Assembly (NCBI RefSeq): GCF_022539665.2
Contig: NC_081331.1
Location: forward strand, 682,001 to 746,000
From: Daphnia carinata
Taxonomy: Eukaryota
Length of the DNA: 64,000 nucleotides
Reading direction: 5' to 3'
This document shows, piece after piece, positions 49,219-64,000 of this stretch; positions within the stretch are counted from its first letter, which is position 1; the number at the start of each line of letters is the position of its first letter. A model generated the notes under the pieces. That model was not told the origin of the DNA. It saw only the letters and a list, made by a program, of their open reading frames with translations, and searched no databases. The position numbers and the translations under genes are program-made.

Positions 49219-52200
49219 TTTTTTTAATATTTTGAAATGTAATTTTCTTTAAATACTGTATGGGGAAAAAGCGTGATGGCTCCTTCCACTTAACCCGCCC
49301 CAGCCGCTAACTCTCGTTGTTGCTCTTCTTGCCATTTTCTCGTATAAATTTTGGACCGCCCCCTCACGCACATTTGCTCTCCCGCTTGTTTTGGCCACGC
49401 TGCCGAGCTATGTTGTAAAGTGCCAAAGGCCCTGCTCCCCCTCATCATCGTCGATTACACACACACAAAAAGAAAAGGAAAAGAGGGGGAGGGGGAGCAA
49501 AAAGACATTTGCCATCAACGTCTCGGCTACTAGAATGATGATTGATCTATATTAAAGAAACATAAATGGACGTTTTTTTATTATTGTTTGAAGCGAAGAA
49601 GCTACTCTGTTAAACGATGGGCATCTTGTTATAACGTCGCTCAATAAAATATGCGGAAAGCAATTTTGACATTTCGAAAGAAAGTGCGTATACGTATACG
49701 CACGATTTTACAATATGTTGTATTCAAGTTGCTATGGTTGCGCATTCAAAAAATTGTTGTGAAATATATCACCGTTTCGGGAGGGTTGGCGTGCCAACAG
49801 CTGTCAGCGACAGTTTCAAAATGGATATACACACGCACACGTGATAATATAGCAGCCAATAAGATTTGCTACTGAATTTCGTGCGTGACGTTTGGATGAA
49901 ACGATATACATACACATAAACACATACACACACACACACACAAAACAAAAACAACTGACGACAGCTTCGTTTGATTTACGCCTTCGACTCAGTTGCTGTT
50001 TATTTCCCTTTTTATATATCCGTTGACAACCTCGAACAAAATTGTGCATGCATTACGCACAATCCTTAGTTTCGCAAGTTTATTATTAGCTTTTCAAAGT
50101 TCACTGATCTTTTCACCTGGTGCCTCTTTGAATGTAGGCAATCAATTCTATTGCTGTTTTAATTACAGGCTGCGCAAAATGAACGTAATGACGGTGATGC
50201 AGCCGAAGATTCAAACGGCATTCTCAAGTTTATTATGAGAGTACTCAAAAAGCGCGACGGATGCCAACGTCAGACATCTGTACACCTACGCGAGCATTTG
50301 AATCTTTACCCTAGCAACACCTTGTCAACGCTTTTCGCTTTCCACAAAGTAGTGTACCGATAACCTCTAGTGCTACTATGTTAATTGACTAATCCAAGCG
50401 AATCAACGTTAAAACTCCCCCGCAAAAAAAAAAAAGAAAAGAAAAGCGAACGACAGTAAAGAAAAAAATAAATAAATAAAATGAAACAAATGAATAAATT
50501 GCGCGGGTGATTCAATTTCGTGATCGACGCATCATTGAGTACTCTCCTATTCGATACAGCGTAAAAAAAAAAAAATTTATAATACGGGCCATAAATGTTA
50601 TTAGTGTCTGGTTAACTGTCTGGCCATGATGGAAGACATGGCAAAGACAACCTGCTGGATATATAATTTATAGTACAGTACGGTTATCAACAGCAGCGGC
50701 TCTTGTTATATATACGTATCTCTTCTATACACATAGCTGACCAGGCATAAATAACTAAAAAATAAAAGAAAAGAAATGTATATATGACAGTAGGAAAAAA
50801 AAAAAAAAAAAAAAGATTCATTATCTGCTTGCTATTCTATAGAGGGTGGGGCGATATATGGGAAAAGAAATATGGGAGTCTTGTTCTATTGCATGCATTC
50901 TTCGGATGCGTATGCGGAATGACTCGTCCACCACCGAACGCAAAAAAAAAAGGGGAGGAAAAGAAAAAAAAAAAATAAAATTCTGTGGGGTGGGTTGGGA
51001 CAAAAGAATTATTTGAGCAAAAAGATGAACGCATGACGTGCACGTCGAATCTATGGATAAGTGTATTGGCAACGAGCCAAAAGCAAAAGAAACATCGGGA
51101 CTATTGAAGCGGGAAAAGGCATTTTCGAATGAAAAAAAGAAAATGGAATACAAGAAAAACAAAACAATTGAGATGTTTCCCTGTGCGAAGATTTCGCGAA
51201 GCAAATGAAACATTTCAATTATTTTAATTATTCATCTTTCAGGATTTTAATGGGATTGCGCCCCCTTGTGAAAGCCAGACGACGCATGTAAATTTGCACT
51301 GCCGCTGCAGCAAGGACTTCAGCCACGTCAGACAAAAACATCTAACAAGAAGGACGCACAACGACATTGCGAAGGAGGGTGAAGTTAAGGCGGATAGTTT
51401 ATCCCGTGATGTACACTTAAAATATATATATATATCCGCAATAATGTACATAAAGATTCGATAGAGTGTGGGGGGGGGGGAGGCGGGGAGGCGCAACTGT
51501 CGTCGCCATCGGGTCCGTTATTATTACATGTGTGGCAACATCATCATCATCCGTATCGATTTAACCTTAACCCCAGAACGTTCTACCGCACTTCTGTTTT
51601 ATTTCGAGCCCATTATCTGCAGCCAACCCTCCCCCTCCCCCCCAAAAAAGAAAACGATCACTTGAAAAAAATCAGTTAACAAAATTCGTAATTTGTGCAT
51701 CAATCCACTCGACGTTCGTTTGCATTACCTCATTTTTTTTTTTTTTTTTTAATACTTGATTGTTCTCATCCCCTCTCTTCTTTTAATATATTTTGTACAT
51801 TAGGCAAACAAGGCTTTGGCAATGTCACAAGAGGCCGTCTCCTCAACACTTTGTTTTTTTTAAAGCAGCACGCACGACTAAACGTTTCGATCCCGAAGAG
51901 TACACTTTGTGTCTCAGCAGGTGGTTGTGTATTTTAATGGTTTTCTTAATATGCGCGCATAAACTCTTAAAAACATGCCTTCAACGTCGTGGAGCAAAAA
52001 AAAAAAGGGGGGGGGGGGAACACAAACGTGTTTTTTTTTTTTTTACTAATAAAGCACGAGAAAAAAAACAAAAAACAAAACATAACACGATCGATAAAGC
52101 AAAGAGAAGCAACACAAAACAGCGTGTTGTTACGCTTGATTATTTCGGTGTTACGCCGATGCTTCGGGTTTCTTCCCCCCCCCTCTCCTATTGTATACGT

Positions 52201-55200
52201 ATCGTAACGTAAAAAAAAACAACAACAATACGTGTGCTGGGTATCTAACTTGTAACGTGTACGTAGAGCGTACACGCACGTTATAATGGGCTCATCGCAT
52301 AGAACATCCCAACTTTGGCCGAAATTTCTTTTGTTGTTGCGAAAATGCAATTTCTTATTATTTTTTTTTTTTTATGTTGGCGCATTTACGTGTACGAATA
52401 TTTAAGCTAGATGCTTTGTATAGCGCTGTTTTAAATATAATGAGGCGAAGGTACGCTTAGGGCGGAAATGCCGGAACAAGCTTTCGCAGGGCAAATGTAT
52501 ATAATAGGACGTAATGAAGCGGAACAAATCAATGCCAACGATAGAATTCCAATCACTGGTTGTCGTACACACACAGATGATTAACGTTAATTTGATTCAA
52601 TATCTACATATAAGCTATTGATTTTTTCATTTTTGGCTTTTTTTTTTTTTTTTAACTTATTATTATTGAATCAAATTAATTAGGATATATGCTTGTTACG
52701 AGAGGGGATCTGGAAAAACTTTGATCATAAAAGAAAAAAAAGGAAATGGCTGTCAGAAATATCTCATTTAAAAGAAGAAAAGAAATGACAGTGAGATCGA
52801 CTGTCTAACGTAATAATAGCTCACGCTCCGCAGGAGAGGAAAGCAACTTTGAGTTGCACACAAAAAGAGGATTTTTATAATATCTGCATTATTTTTTATT
52901 TTATTTTTTTTTTTTTTTTGAAAAAAGGGGAAAGAGGCAAATGAGGAGGGTAAGAACAGTCAACAAAAAGACTGACAAAAAGGGAAATATTTGATGAGTA
53001 TTAAGATTGTCTCCTATATATCCCTGACGACTTTTGATGCTTTTTTGTTTGTTGAGTATTTCTTTTCTCTCTTAAATTTAATATTTTAATTCATATTATT
53101 CTGCTAGGATGACTTCTAAGAAGCCAATCCTATCGTCGACGCCTCCCTGTACTGATACGCTATTTATTGTGATTTATTTATTTATTTTTTTTTTTCAAGC
53201 AGCAGACTCCATTGTTTATTAAACAAGCTGGGGTCACCGAACACATCCTTTTAATTCCCTTTAAAGTTTCTAATAATTTAGTTTTGATTTTCTTTTCTTT
53301 TTTTTTATGTATTCAACTCGTCAATGCGACCCTTGTTTTATTTAAATGCCGAAAAATCTCGTGAAAGTAATCGATATATTTAGGAGTTGACACAGTAGAT
53401 CAAGCCATCGATCTACATCAATTAATATCGTTGGCTATACCCCCAGCTGCAGTTCCATTTTATTGCATTATCTCTACACATATATGTATGGCATCATTCC
53501 CTTTTTTTCCCTATCTGTTTTCGGTGCATTCTTTTCATGTCCGTCGTTTTCTTAATGCAATTGAGCGAACCGACCCAAGAAAAAAGAAGGGCGGATGCCA
53601 TTAACCGAGCCCCCCCCCCCCCCCTTTTCTTCCCAAAAATAAAAATAAAAACAAATGAGATGGATGTGTCCAAAGGGAGGCTAGATCTTTCCTGTTCTTT
53701 CATTTCATATCGTCGAGAAAATACGTCACACCCACACAAAGCCTTGCTGTATATTATTCAAATGTCTACTACCGGCCATTCGGTTTGTTTTGCGTCATCG
53801 ATCCGAGTAACCGTACACGAGCACAAAATCAGGAAGAAATTCAGACAATTTCGTTTGAATAAATCCCTGAACGAAAAAAAAAAAAAAAATCGATTGTCCA
53901 TTACAACTTGGAAAGATGCCAGGGTCAATATCTCGGGGGGAGGGGGGGGGGAGGATCGCAAAGAGGCAACAGAGTACCATCCGTACGATGGATATGTCCA
54001 TCTGTGTATAGAACCTATTTCTCTATATACATCCATCTCGATCTATAGACTGCCGTTATTCACGTAGGAGCTGGCCAGAATGTAACGTCATTTCTACACC
54101 TACATTCCAATTCTAATAATAAAATAAAGACGAGGAAAGAGGAAAAAAAAAAAAAAAAAAAAGGATATAGTTAATCCTGCCACAGGGATAGACTGGCGCT
54201 CTGATGTGTATAGTGTTTATACACGTCGCTATATCCTTGAAGATCCAACAGGAATGGACATCCGCAAGAAAAAAAGCTTATAGACGTTGCACTAGATTTA
54301 TATATAGGTTACTACAGAATTGATTTATCCTTTTATTTTTTATTTTTTTTTCTAATTCTGAAAAAAAAAAAAAAGAAAATAAATAAAATAAATCGCGCCA
54401 ACTTCCGCCCACTATTTTCTGTTAAAACAAGGCGGGGATAGAAAAACAAAAAAACCCGATTTCCTGTACCTTTGTGTGTGTGTGTGTGTGTGTGTGTAGT
54501 CAGCATTTGGTGTAAATCGGAAAATAAACGAGTTGTCTGCGTGTGGACAAGACAGCCGATTAGGTTGCGTGTTACACGACGGCCAGCAAAGTCGCAATGG
54601 ATTTATGTCTTTCCATTTTATTTCCTCTTTGCCAGTAAAGCCCAACGACCGCCGGCCTTCAACATCGACGTGGCAAGTCGGGAGGAAAAAAAAAAAAAAA
54701 AGGAACGACTGCGGCAAATACAAAAACAAAAGACGAGCGCACATTTTCCATTTCTCTCTAAAACAGAGACAAATAAATGAAGATGAAATGAACTCCATTT
54801 TGTTTGTCCCTTTCCTTTTCTTATTCGCTATATCAGGCCGGGAAATAATTTCAAAAATTGTGTCTTTCTTTCTTCCTTTTGTTTTTTTTTTTTTTTTTTT
54901 TTGCGCAGCGCAAACAACAATAAAATGAACTGTTGTGTGTAGAGAAAAGACGATATAAAAAAGAAAAAAGAGAGAGCGAGAGAGAAAAAAAAAATGTGGG
55001 GGGGGGCACGAGCGTTATTGATCTACTGCTATCCACAACGGAAATAGTGGAGGAAGGAGGCGCGTTTCTTGTGTGTGTGTGTGTGCGCGCAAAGCCTATC
55101 TCACATGCATCATAACATCGGAAATCTATCTTTCAATTATTTTTCTCTCTCTCTTTTTTTTTTTTTTTTCTTTTGCAACCATTCATTTTTGAACAAAAAA

Positions 55201-56370
55201 CAACGATCCCCCCCCCCCCCCCCTTTTTTTTTTCTTCTTCTTTTCGTTTTTTTTTTTTTTTTTTTGTTTCAACCCTTTGTAAATAAACGCGCATTCACAC
55301 AACGCACCGGAAACAAACCAATCGCCATTCAAAACACGTTGGCATAAAAAAAAAAATAAATAAATAAATAAATATGTCCAGTTGCGCAAGACATTGAGAA
55401 AAAAAAATAAATAAAGCGGACTTGCAACGACGATGCGAGATGAATAAAAGAAAAAAAAAATGTTTGACTTACCGACACTGGAGGGCAGTTCCCCCTTGAG
55501 GACTGGACAGGCACGAAAGAGTCCGACGTGGAAGACGACAATCAACGCGCGCCTCATGTGCTGCTGGCCGTCGGCGCCAACTTCTTCATCGTCTTCGTCT
55601 TGTTCTTCTTGACGCAACATGACCACTTCATCATCCATCGGCTGCCGGCCTTCGTCTTGAGCGTAATAGTCATCGTCATCGTCGTAATCGAATTCATCGT
55701 CGTCTTCGACGACGGGTGGCCGCGTCAGCGCTACCGTCGTCGCTGGCCGGCTCGTTCCAGCTGATAACGACGGGCTGACCGTCGCGTTCTCCATCGCGTG
55801 GCCAGACGGACGCTCCCAGTTCGATTTGGCCGCCAGGTCTGGACGACTGGTGGCGAAACCTGCGGCCGTTGCTTTCGTCGTGAGGGACGATGAAGATCTC
55901 GATTGAGTCGATGTTTTGGAACGGCTGGGAATCAAACTGCCGTAACCCGTTCCAAACAAGAGCGGCCAGTCTTGAGTGGGCGGCAAGTCGATGGGTTCCC
56001 ACGTATCCACCCAGTTGGTGGTGCCGGCCAGAGCGGCCAGGGAACAGCCGAAAGCCGCCAGTCCGGCCACCAGGGCCAGGAAGGAGACGCATTTGTTGCC
56101 GTGAAGTCCTTCGTGATTGGACGCGTCTGTTGCTTGACGACCACCTGATTCCGAATCTTCTTTAGACGGACCGTCCGTCGTGCTCGTCCTGAACGATGCG
56201 TCGTTCGTCCTCGCGGACAGATCGGCTCCCGTCTCGATCGGAATGTCGGTCCGGGCAACATAATCCGAACTATAAAAACTGGGCAGGTCGTACAATCCGG
56301 GCTCGTGATTTGCCCGCGTTCTCTTCGTTTTATTAGCGTCGGCCACCTGCTGTTGCAGGCCGCTAGGCAC
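40876..56370 (-). CDS. Stargazin/TARP-like voltage-gated Ca channel gamma-type (PMP22/claudin superfamily) protein; 5' end not located
   Basis: Phase-consistent exons 56370-55473, 46592-46475, 45924-45800, 43844-43234, 41205-40876. TM1+TNWVDTWE, HVGLFRAC...C, ATPCF TM2, GL..G.GLIIFVS TM3, FRYGWSF..A...F...ELAA TM4, C-terminal QTPL* PDZ-type ligand. There is no Met before TM1 in the first visible exon, so the start exon lies further upstream. Confidence 0.85.
49170..49216. repeat. (CT)n microsatellite
   Basis: Uninterrupted CT dinucleotide run of ~47 nt inside a TARP-like intron. Confidence 0.95.
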
Positions 56371-59300
56371 CTGTTAAAAACAAAACAAAAAATTGAGTCG
56401 GCTCATTTTCAATTGTTGCGTGTTCGTAAACAATTAGGCTCTTCAGCGCAATTCAAACCCCCAAACTTGTTTTCAATTAATCAGAAAAGCTCAAAGTTTT
56501 CGTCTATTCTGCGGCCTTTGTTATTGTCCCTACAAGAGTTTCGCCTGCAAAAATGTGAAAACTCAATTTGGACTCGATTTCCCTTAGGATGTGCGGGTAA
56601 ACGGTTTTGAATCACGAACGATTAAAGCGGACGCCGAAGCGCTTTTCGATTTGCCGCACGCGATAGTTTTTGTTGTGAGTTTGCATTTTTCAATCAAACG
56701 TTAAAAGCCTCCTAAAATTGAGGCAAGTTTGAAGCTACACCGTTTGCCACTTTGTCCTCTGATATTTAACTTGTTATTTTTTTAACTGCTCCAACTTGAG
56801 CATTAAAAAACAAAACATTATGGCCCGGCGTTAGCGTAGCAACGTCAAAGGTGATCATACAACGGTGGGGCTTGGTGTACCGTCTACCGTGCAAGTAGAG
56901 ATTAGCATGTAGGCGAACAGCTACGAATATGAAAATTGGCTTGTCATGCATCTTTTGTACTTCACTTTTCGAGTTTGAACACACACAAATTTTGCCTGTA
57001 ATTATCAATGGGCTTTTTTTTTTGTTCATTCACACCTACGATTGCGACCTTTCCTGACATCATAACACTCTGATTTCAAAAGCAAATATGTTTTACCGCC
57101 ATATTGTTGACGTTGTTGTGCATTGCTGATGATGTGCCTTTCTTTTTTTTTTTTTTTTTGAAGAAAATTTCTAAACTACGTAATACGTCTACGTAGGAAA
57201 GACTTCTTCGCCTAACCAACACGACTTTTTAAAAGATACACTTTTCCTTTTTTATTTTCTTTTTTTTTTTTTTTTTGATCTTGTTGCTGCGCGTTGAACT
57301 GCAGGCGATAACACCACTGGATCACTTTTTGTTGAGGCGATCCTCTTGAGTCGTCGAGACACGCACGAAAAATGTAAAAAAAAAAATAAAATAAAATAAA
57401 GAAAAAGAAGTAACTTCTGCTGTTGACTTGCCCTTCGGGAGATGAACATGTAGGGCAAAAAAAAAAAAACAAGAACAAAATGCACGCGTGTTAAGGTTTC
57501 GTTGACAGTTGAGCAAAAATGAACAGCCAACACGTTGAACGTAGACAGGCAAACATTTGAAAATTGGCGCGATGTTTCGCAAAAAAAGCGGACAGTGTGT
57601 GTCGAACAAAATTACGAATGAAACTTGGTGTGGATAATGTCAGAAGCCGATTGGGTGAGGAGCAAACGAACGGAGAGATCCGGTTGCGCGGAAGAAAAGC
57701 CAAAGCGACTGAACGCCTTGGCGGACGACAGTCTAGTGATCCCCGTGCGGATGGCCTCACATCAGTAAAAAAAAAAAAAAAAAAAAAAAGAGGGGGGGGG
57801 GGGTAAAGAAAGCGGATGGGTGGAGAGGAAAAAGAAATGTCGACTGGGGTTCGGTGTGAATGCGCGCGTTGCAACTTTGGATCCGCCAATCGACTCCGCA
57901 TCCAAACACAAATACAAATCCAAGGATACAAAAAGAATTGCAATTATGTTCTCCTCGCTCGTCGGTAACATAAAATATTTCCACGTGGAACTTTAGAATT
58001 TGCGAAAGAAAAACGTGAATATTCATGTGGCCGATTTTCAAAAGTCCAAATCGGCACGTGAATTATACAAAATGATTAATTTACACGGAAGATATCGGAC
58101 CCTTGATTTCCTCTTCCATTCTTTTTTTTTCTTCCTTCCCCAAAGTGAGTATTGATTTCTATATAGCTCGCATCTATCTCCAGCTTCGTTGATACCATAC
58201 GGGAGTAAGAAGGGGGGGGGGGGGGGGTAGGCAATAATGGCGTACATGTGTGTGTGCACATGTCTTCCACTATTTTCAGTGCCATTATTCCTCTTTTATA
58301 TTTTTCTTAAAAAAAAAAAAAAAAGAAAGAATGAGAGAGAGAGAAGGTGACAACCATCAAAAGCGGATGTCTCATTTCCGGTTTCTTTTTTTTTTTTTCT
58401 CTACAAACTGTGGGGGGGAACGTGAAAAAGAAAAAGTTTCACGATTTCGCGCGCAATCGACTTCCTTTTTTTTTTTCTTTTCCATTTGGAAACGGCAATC
58501 TTTTTCTCCGTCTTCTACGTACTGAGTTTATATATATGATCAAAAGGTCTGCCATCATTGACTTGTACAGTCGCCCTGTGTCAACGGCGGGATACTTGAT
58601 GCTGGCCAAAGGCCGCAAAAAGAAGAGGCAAAATGGTGTCGATTCACACATCGATTTTGTTGTTGAAAAAAAAAAAAAAAAAAAAAAAAGGAGAAAGAAA
58701 ATGTTTATTTCAGACACTCTTTTTTTTTTTTTTTTTTTTTTTCAAAATGACCATTTCCCTTTCGCGTTTTTTTTTTTTTTTTTTTGGCTCCTAGCCGACG
58801 TCGTTTTCAAAAACTAGTCTTGTTGAATCGACTGTCTATAACTTTAAAAGAAAAACACGGGGGAAGTGATGGCCAAAGTCGGCCGGCCCTCGATGATGAA
58901 CTCATTTTTTTTTCTGACATTTTCCAAAGGCCTTTGCCGATGTCTTTTTTCGTTTTTATAAACGTATATAGATGACACTGTTGAAGTCTCCTCTTTTTAT
59001 ATGTGGACATGTAGGAAACCCTGGAAGCCCTTCAGGGTATTTGATGCTCTCTCGCATCAATCTCGATAGTCTTATATCCACATCAAGGTAATCACATTCT
59101 TTCCCGATTTACTAACATCGATCTATAACTCCACGATCTTTTCTTTTATTACGGAATAAAGGGCGATTTTTTTTAAATCGAAAAATAAATAAAATAAAAA
59201 ACAAACAATGTTATGGAACAATGCGGATCTTTTTTCGGAAGGGGGACGTAGCAAAATTTCCTCGAAATTTAATTATGCCTTAAAAAAAAAAAAAAATGTT

Positions 59301-62300
59301 TTTAAACCGAGACGAGTATGGATGCGTTTTAAATGCCAAGAGGATGTACGAATCTCTTTGGCTGCCATTATAAACGGACGCATGTAAATTGCGCGAGCAA
59401 AGAAAAACGTGAAAAGATATAAAGACAAACAAAAATCTAGTGACGTTTTCCTGTTGAAAAGAACGTGATCAGATTGGAAGCAATCGGATCAAGAGCCCTG
59501 ACTTGTTTTTTTCTTTTTTCTTTTCATTTATTCCCTTTTTTTTCTAACAGAAAAGAATCTAGTGGATGTCCAGTGACTCGATAATAACCCGCGTCCCTCG
59601 TCTTATTCGGCCTACCTTTCTATTTATTTCCTATACACAGTTCCCCCCCCCCCCTCTTCTGTTCTCATCCATCAGTTTCTCTCTTTTTTGTTGCCCTTGT
59701 TAGTTGGCCAGTCATGAACTCATCAGCTCTCGTGTTCTTGTCCCCTTACGGAATCGACGGTGGACCACACTTTTTTTCTTCTTTTTGTATCTTTCAGTTG
59801 CTTCGGCCACGAGCGTAGAAAAGCACCGACGGTCAAAGAAATCAACGAGACGTACGTAACGAAAAATGGGAGAAGAATAGAAAAAAAAAAGAATGACAAG
59901 AGACGGACCAATGGGGAAATGGACCTCCACACACACACAGAAAAAAAAATCTATGTGTGGTCCAGCTGCTTCGTGCTGGAGTCTGTGAAAAGAGACAGCT
60001 CAGCAGGAGCAAAAAGAAAAAAAGAAAAAAAAAAAAAAAAAAAAGTGACTTGAATATTGGCCGGCAACCGTCGCCGATCAATGCTGTTTGTTTTTCTCTT
60101 TTAACCATTTATCACTTGTAATATAATAACAAAGCTTTTTCCCTTATTTACTTTGCCTACTTTTCTAGTCTTTTAAAGCTAGCAGAGGGCTTATATATAC
60201 AGTACATTTTTTTTTTTTTTTTACGTGAATGATAGAGTAAAAACACAGAGCTCTTGTTTTTTATTTTGCGTGTAACAAGCAAAGAGTCGAGAGAAATGAT
60301 ACAAAAAAAGAAAAATAAAAAAAAAATACCCAACTCTTTTCTGTACATCAAAAGATGTCGTCTTACGATTGTCCAATCCTTGTTGTTGTGTTCTTGTTAA
60401 CATCTTATCCTGCTCTCCGTTTCTTTTCCCTCAAACCCTTTCCTCTGTGTTGGTTGCCTTTTACGATTCAATCGATTCAGTCCACGTTACTCTAAACGTT
60501 AATCATTGATATTAGGAATTCGTCGTTAAGTTTTGATTTCGAAATGGCGATCTTTTATCGAAGACGACGTTATGTTCGAGAAAGGCCATCTCGAATCGAT
60601 AAGGTGAACACTTGAGATGCTAGGATTGCGACCCTCCTTTTAATGGGGCAGGTGATGGTAACCATGACAACCGTAAGGTTGATGTTGTATTCTACACTCA
60701 TTTGAAAAGGCGGCGGCTACGCAGGTGAAAGAACACATCTGGCTGTTGTTATGACAACATACCGCCCCAATAACTCGCAAATCGAACGCACACGGCTCTA
60801 ACGCAGATTTCACGCAGTCAAACATCGAGAATCGATCACGTTGCCACCACCGCAAAAGATCGCATGTAGTTTCATACCACGCAAAATGGGGTATACATGT
60901 CAAATCAGTTTCAAAACATGGAAGATCATAGATGACAAACTCTGACACAGCAAAGTAAAACCCAAATTGGCAACGTCAATGAAAGCACGTGAGTGGTCGA
61001 CTTGGCGCGCCTGTTTGGACCCACTAATGACGGCCGCCTGGCCAGTACTACAGGGCCGGCGGTTTGAGCCTATCATCTAGAAATTACACTGTCAAACATC
61101 AAAGTTGTTTTTAGATTTGATATTTTTTTTTTTTCAGAAAGACTCGCCGCCACTGGTGAGACGATACCCGTGATTTGCATACTGACTACCTACCGCGCAT
61201 ATTACTGAAAACCCAAACATAATTTGATTGTGGCGCTCTGGCCTCTTGACATGAAAAGCCGACAAAGTGTGCTCTCCTTGCCTCACATGGGGGCTGTATG
61301 CAGATTTCCGAAGTATCTCGCAAAGAAAAAGGCCAAAATCCTTTGAAGATTCGTCACCTCTTCGCGACGTCAGTTTGACATCTATCCGTCGTCTATATTG
61401 TGATTTATTTCGATGAATCTCTTGGCAATCCCACAAAGAAAAATGGCCGCATTTCGAACTTGTTCTTTTTGATGATGTAGGACTTTTCATAGTAACACAA
61501 CTTTAGATTGAAATGGGGAAAAAGTTAAGTACAGAGCTATTATTCATGTGGTGAGGTGTGTGCTCGCAATCCAACGCCATCGATCATCCGGAAATGACCT
61601 GATGGCAATGGCACATTTATTCGCTAACGCTAAACGATCCTATTGTTTTTTGCCTCCCTGCCCCCACAAACAGCGATTCGAAGAAAGAGCAAAAGAAATT
61701 TTTAATAAAAAAAAAAGTACAAAAATGGACATGGGAGTAGCAAACCGATTTCCTCATATTGATTTCAGAGAGCTGTCTGTGAATTCACTGGGTTTGGCTT
61801 ATCAAAAGTTTTGCGATATGCATACAGAAGGGCCATTATTGTTCGACGTTGGGGGGTTTAAATAAAAAACAAACAAAAAAACATCAAACGTTGAAAGAAT
61901 TCGACTGGTATGAGGGTGGGTGGGGGGGATAATCAACATGCCGGCAGCGACGGCCCGGGCTACTTTGATTGATACTCGGAATAGTCTGTGAATACTAAAA
62001 ACAAGACGAATTGTAGACAAGAGAAAAAAAGACGATTGGAACTTAAAAAAAAACAACGTCCCTCCGCTTCCCTTTCTGGGCCTTTGTGTTCTGATAAAGA
62101 CGATTGACGGAACCACACAGGAAAAAAAATTGCTCAATTGCTCAGTCATGGAGGGAGGAAAAATCAAACGTGGATCGACGTCAAATGTGCATGAGTCAGT
62201 CGTTAGAAAAGCACAAAGAGAGGAAAAGACTCCGTGATCCTTTTCTTCTTCTTCTTCTAAAAGTTTTTCTTTTTTTTTTTTGTCTAATGAGAATTGGATG

Positions 62301-64000
62301 GTTTGAAATGCTGACGTCGTGTCTGACCTTTCCTTCTCATGTTTTTTTCTATTAAAGAAACGGCTGACGAAAACGTTTCTGTCATACAGTTCGAGTACTT
62401 GATACAAAAAAAAAAAAAAAACGAGTGAAATTCGTTGCGTTTACAACAAAAGTTTCGAATCCCGTTTTTTGTCTGGCAAACACGGCAAGGCAAGTCGACA
62501 ACAAATTAGCAATACCTATAACTGTAAACACAACACGTCAAGACGTATGTTACCAAAGAGTTAACTTGTTTTCGGTACGTTCGCTTACGCGTGGCGGGAA
62601 ATTGGAAAACTTGCCAGGGTTGAAATTGCCATACGAATAGAAACGCGCCCATCTGCAGCGATGGGATGCGTGTCTTGCTCTCTTTTACGTTAAAAGTCTG
62701 AACATGAAAGAAATGTAATCCGGCTTTATCGCAAATTCAAATGAGACCAAAAAAAAAAAAAAAACGATTAACATGAGATCAGCTATCCTATTCTGAAATA
62801 TCGCAACACCTCTTAACTTTACTTCCCACCAAACTCTTTTCAAATAGAGAGCCGCATAATGTAAAAAAAAAAACAAAAAAAAAACAAAAACAAAGAAAAA
62901 TAATACGCAATACTTCAAACGAAAAGGTGCGTGTTTTGACTAGGTTTTCCGTATGTACGCACGCCATTGCGAAGGAAACATCACTATAGTGACATCACCT
63001 AGAGACGTCGGCTAACCGAATTCCGGACTCTTTCCTTACGCAGTGGTTCAAAAACCTCTTGACAAGTCTACAGCAATCAATCTCTATAGTTTTAAAGATG
63101 TCGACAGCTGATTGCGTGTCTTTCTCCGCACGACAATTACGAAGCGAATGATTGACGAGGTCGCGTCGCGAGCGCGCTATCCATCAAGCTCACGAAAAAG
63201 AAAAATGGAACGACTTAGCGGCAAACGCATCCAAAAATCACGAGCCCGCTGATGAGGGAATCGACTATACGGCGTTGGGCAAATGAAAAAAAGAATCAGA
63301 TATTTGTTAAACAATTATCCGTGTACAGCTCGCTGTTTAACGTTAATGATTCACTAACCGTTTCCCTATAAGCCACACGCTCTTTTGCGTCGCTAATAAA
63401 TGACGTTAATCACTTTGTCAAACGATTTGCACGCGATGCCGTTTGTGGCTTTATTTCGTTCCAACAGGCGGCCGTCACAAGCCCCCCCCCCCGTCCATGC
63501 TCATCAAATTGTTAATAACGAAAAGAAAAGTGTTGCCCTTGCTTACACGCCCGCTTTAAAAGATTGAAATGGGAAAAGCCAAAAGCTCTTTGGGACGCTG
63601 ATCCGCCGCGAGTGCTACCAAATAAATCATTAGCCAGACATCTTAAAGAAAAGCTCATATGCCTCCCTCGTAATGGGCTGTCAAGGCAACCGTCCCCATT
63701 TCTCTTACGAGCTTATTCAACAGTAGCGCATCAAACAGTTAGAAGCCTAAATGTCAAAACTTTCTGATGACAGACGCACGTCTAAAGACATTTCTTTTTT
63801 CTAAGATTAACTAATTGCCTCGGTGTTTACAACTCGGCGCGTGCAACAACTTGAATAAAAAAAAAAAAAAAGGATTTTGAAAAAGAAATTCAAAGGAAAT
63901 ATCATGGGGGGGGGATGGGCATTCGTAACGTGAATCGGAATGATGTCGAACATCTTTTGCTTTGATGACACGATAATATGGAAAAAGTGAGGCAACATGA

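Noticed and set aside
47000..55400. Numerous 60-170 aa ORFs in the large TARP intron
   Set aside because: Low-complexity translations of T/A runs and CA repeats, with no coding signal.
60600..61500. ORFs 60640-60948 and 61134-61490 as a gene or as the TARP start exon
   Set aside because: No family motif and no convincing phase-compatible donor; left unassigned.

Overview
Eukaryotic (arthropod) genomic DNA, most consistent with a water flea (Daphnia-like). This is inferred from the ~60-70 nt introns, homopolymer-rich long introns and lineage-type secreted families. Two long-intron, homopolymer-rich domains flank a compact gene-dense core. The left domain holds ensconsin/MAP7 (+, ~2.9-12.6 kb). 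The right domain holds a stargazin/TARP-like claudin-family gene (-, 40.9 kb to >56.4 kb). The core (~14.8-40.7 kb) contains PSME3, Mlf, a secreted Pro/Tyr-repeat protein, a pancreatic-lipase-like gene whose catalytic Ser is replaced by Asp, two tandem METTL24-like genes, two tandem Thr-rich secreted proteins, a ~3.1 kb higher-order-repeat element, a P2X receptor, two tandem MsrB genes, RpL3 with at least four intronic snoRNA candidates, and NDUFB10. A small putative Helentron-type element with back-to-back tRNA-like sequences lies at ~13.7-14.4 kb. All exon boundaries were read by eye; no database searches were run.
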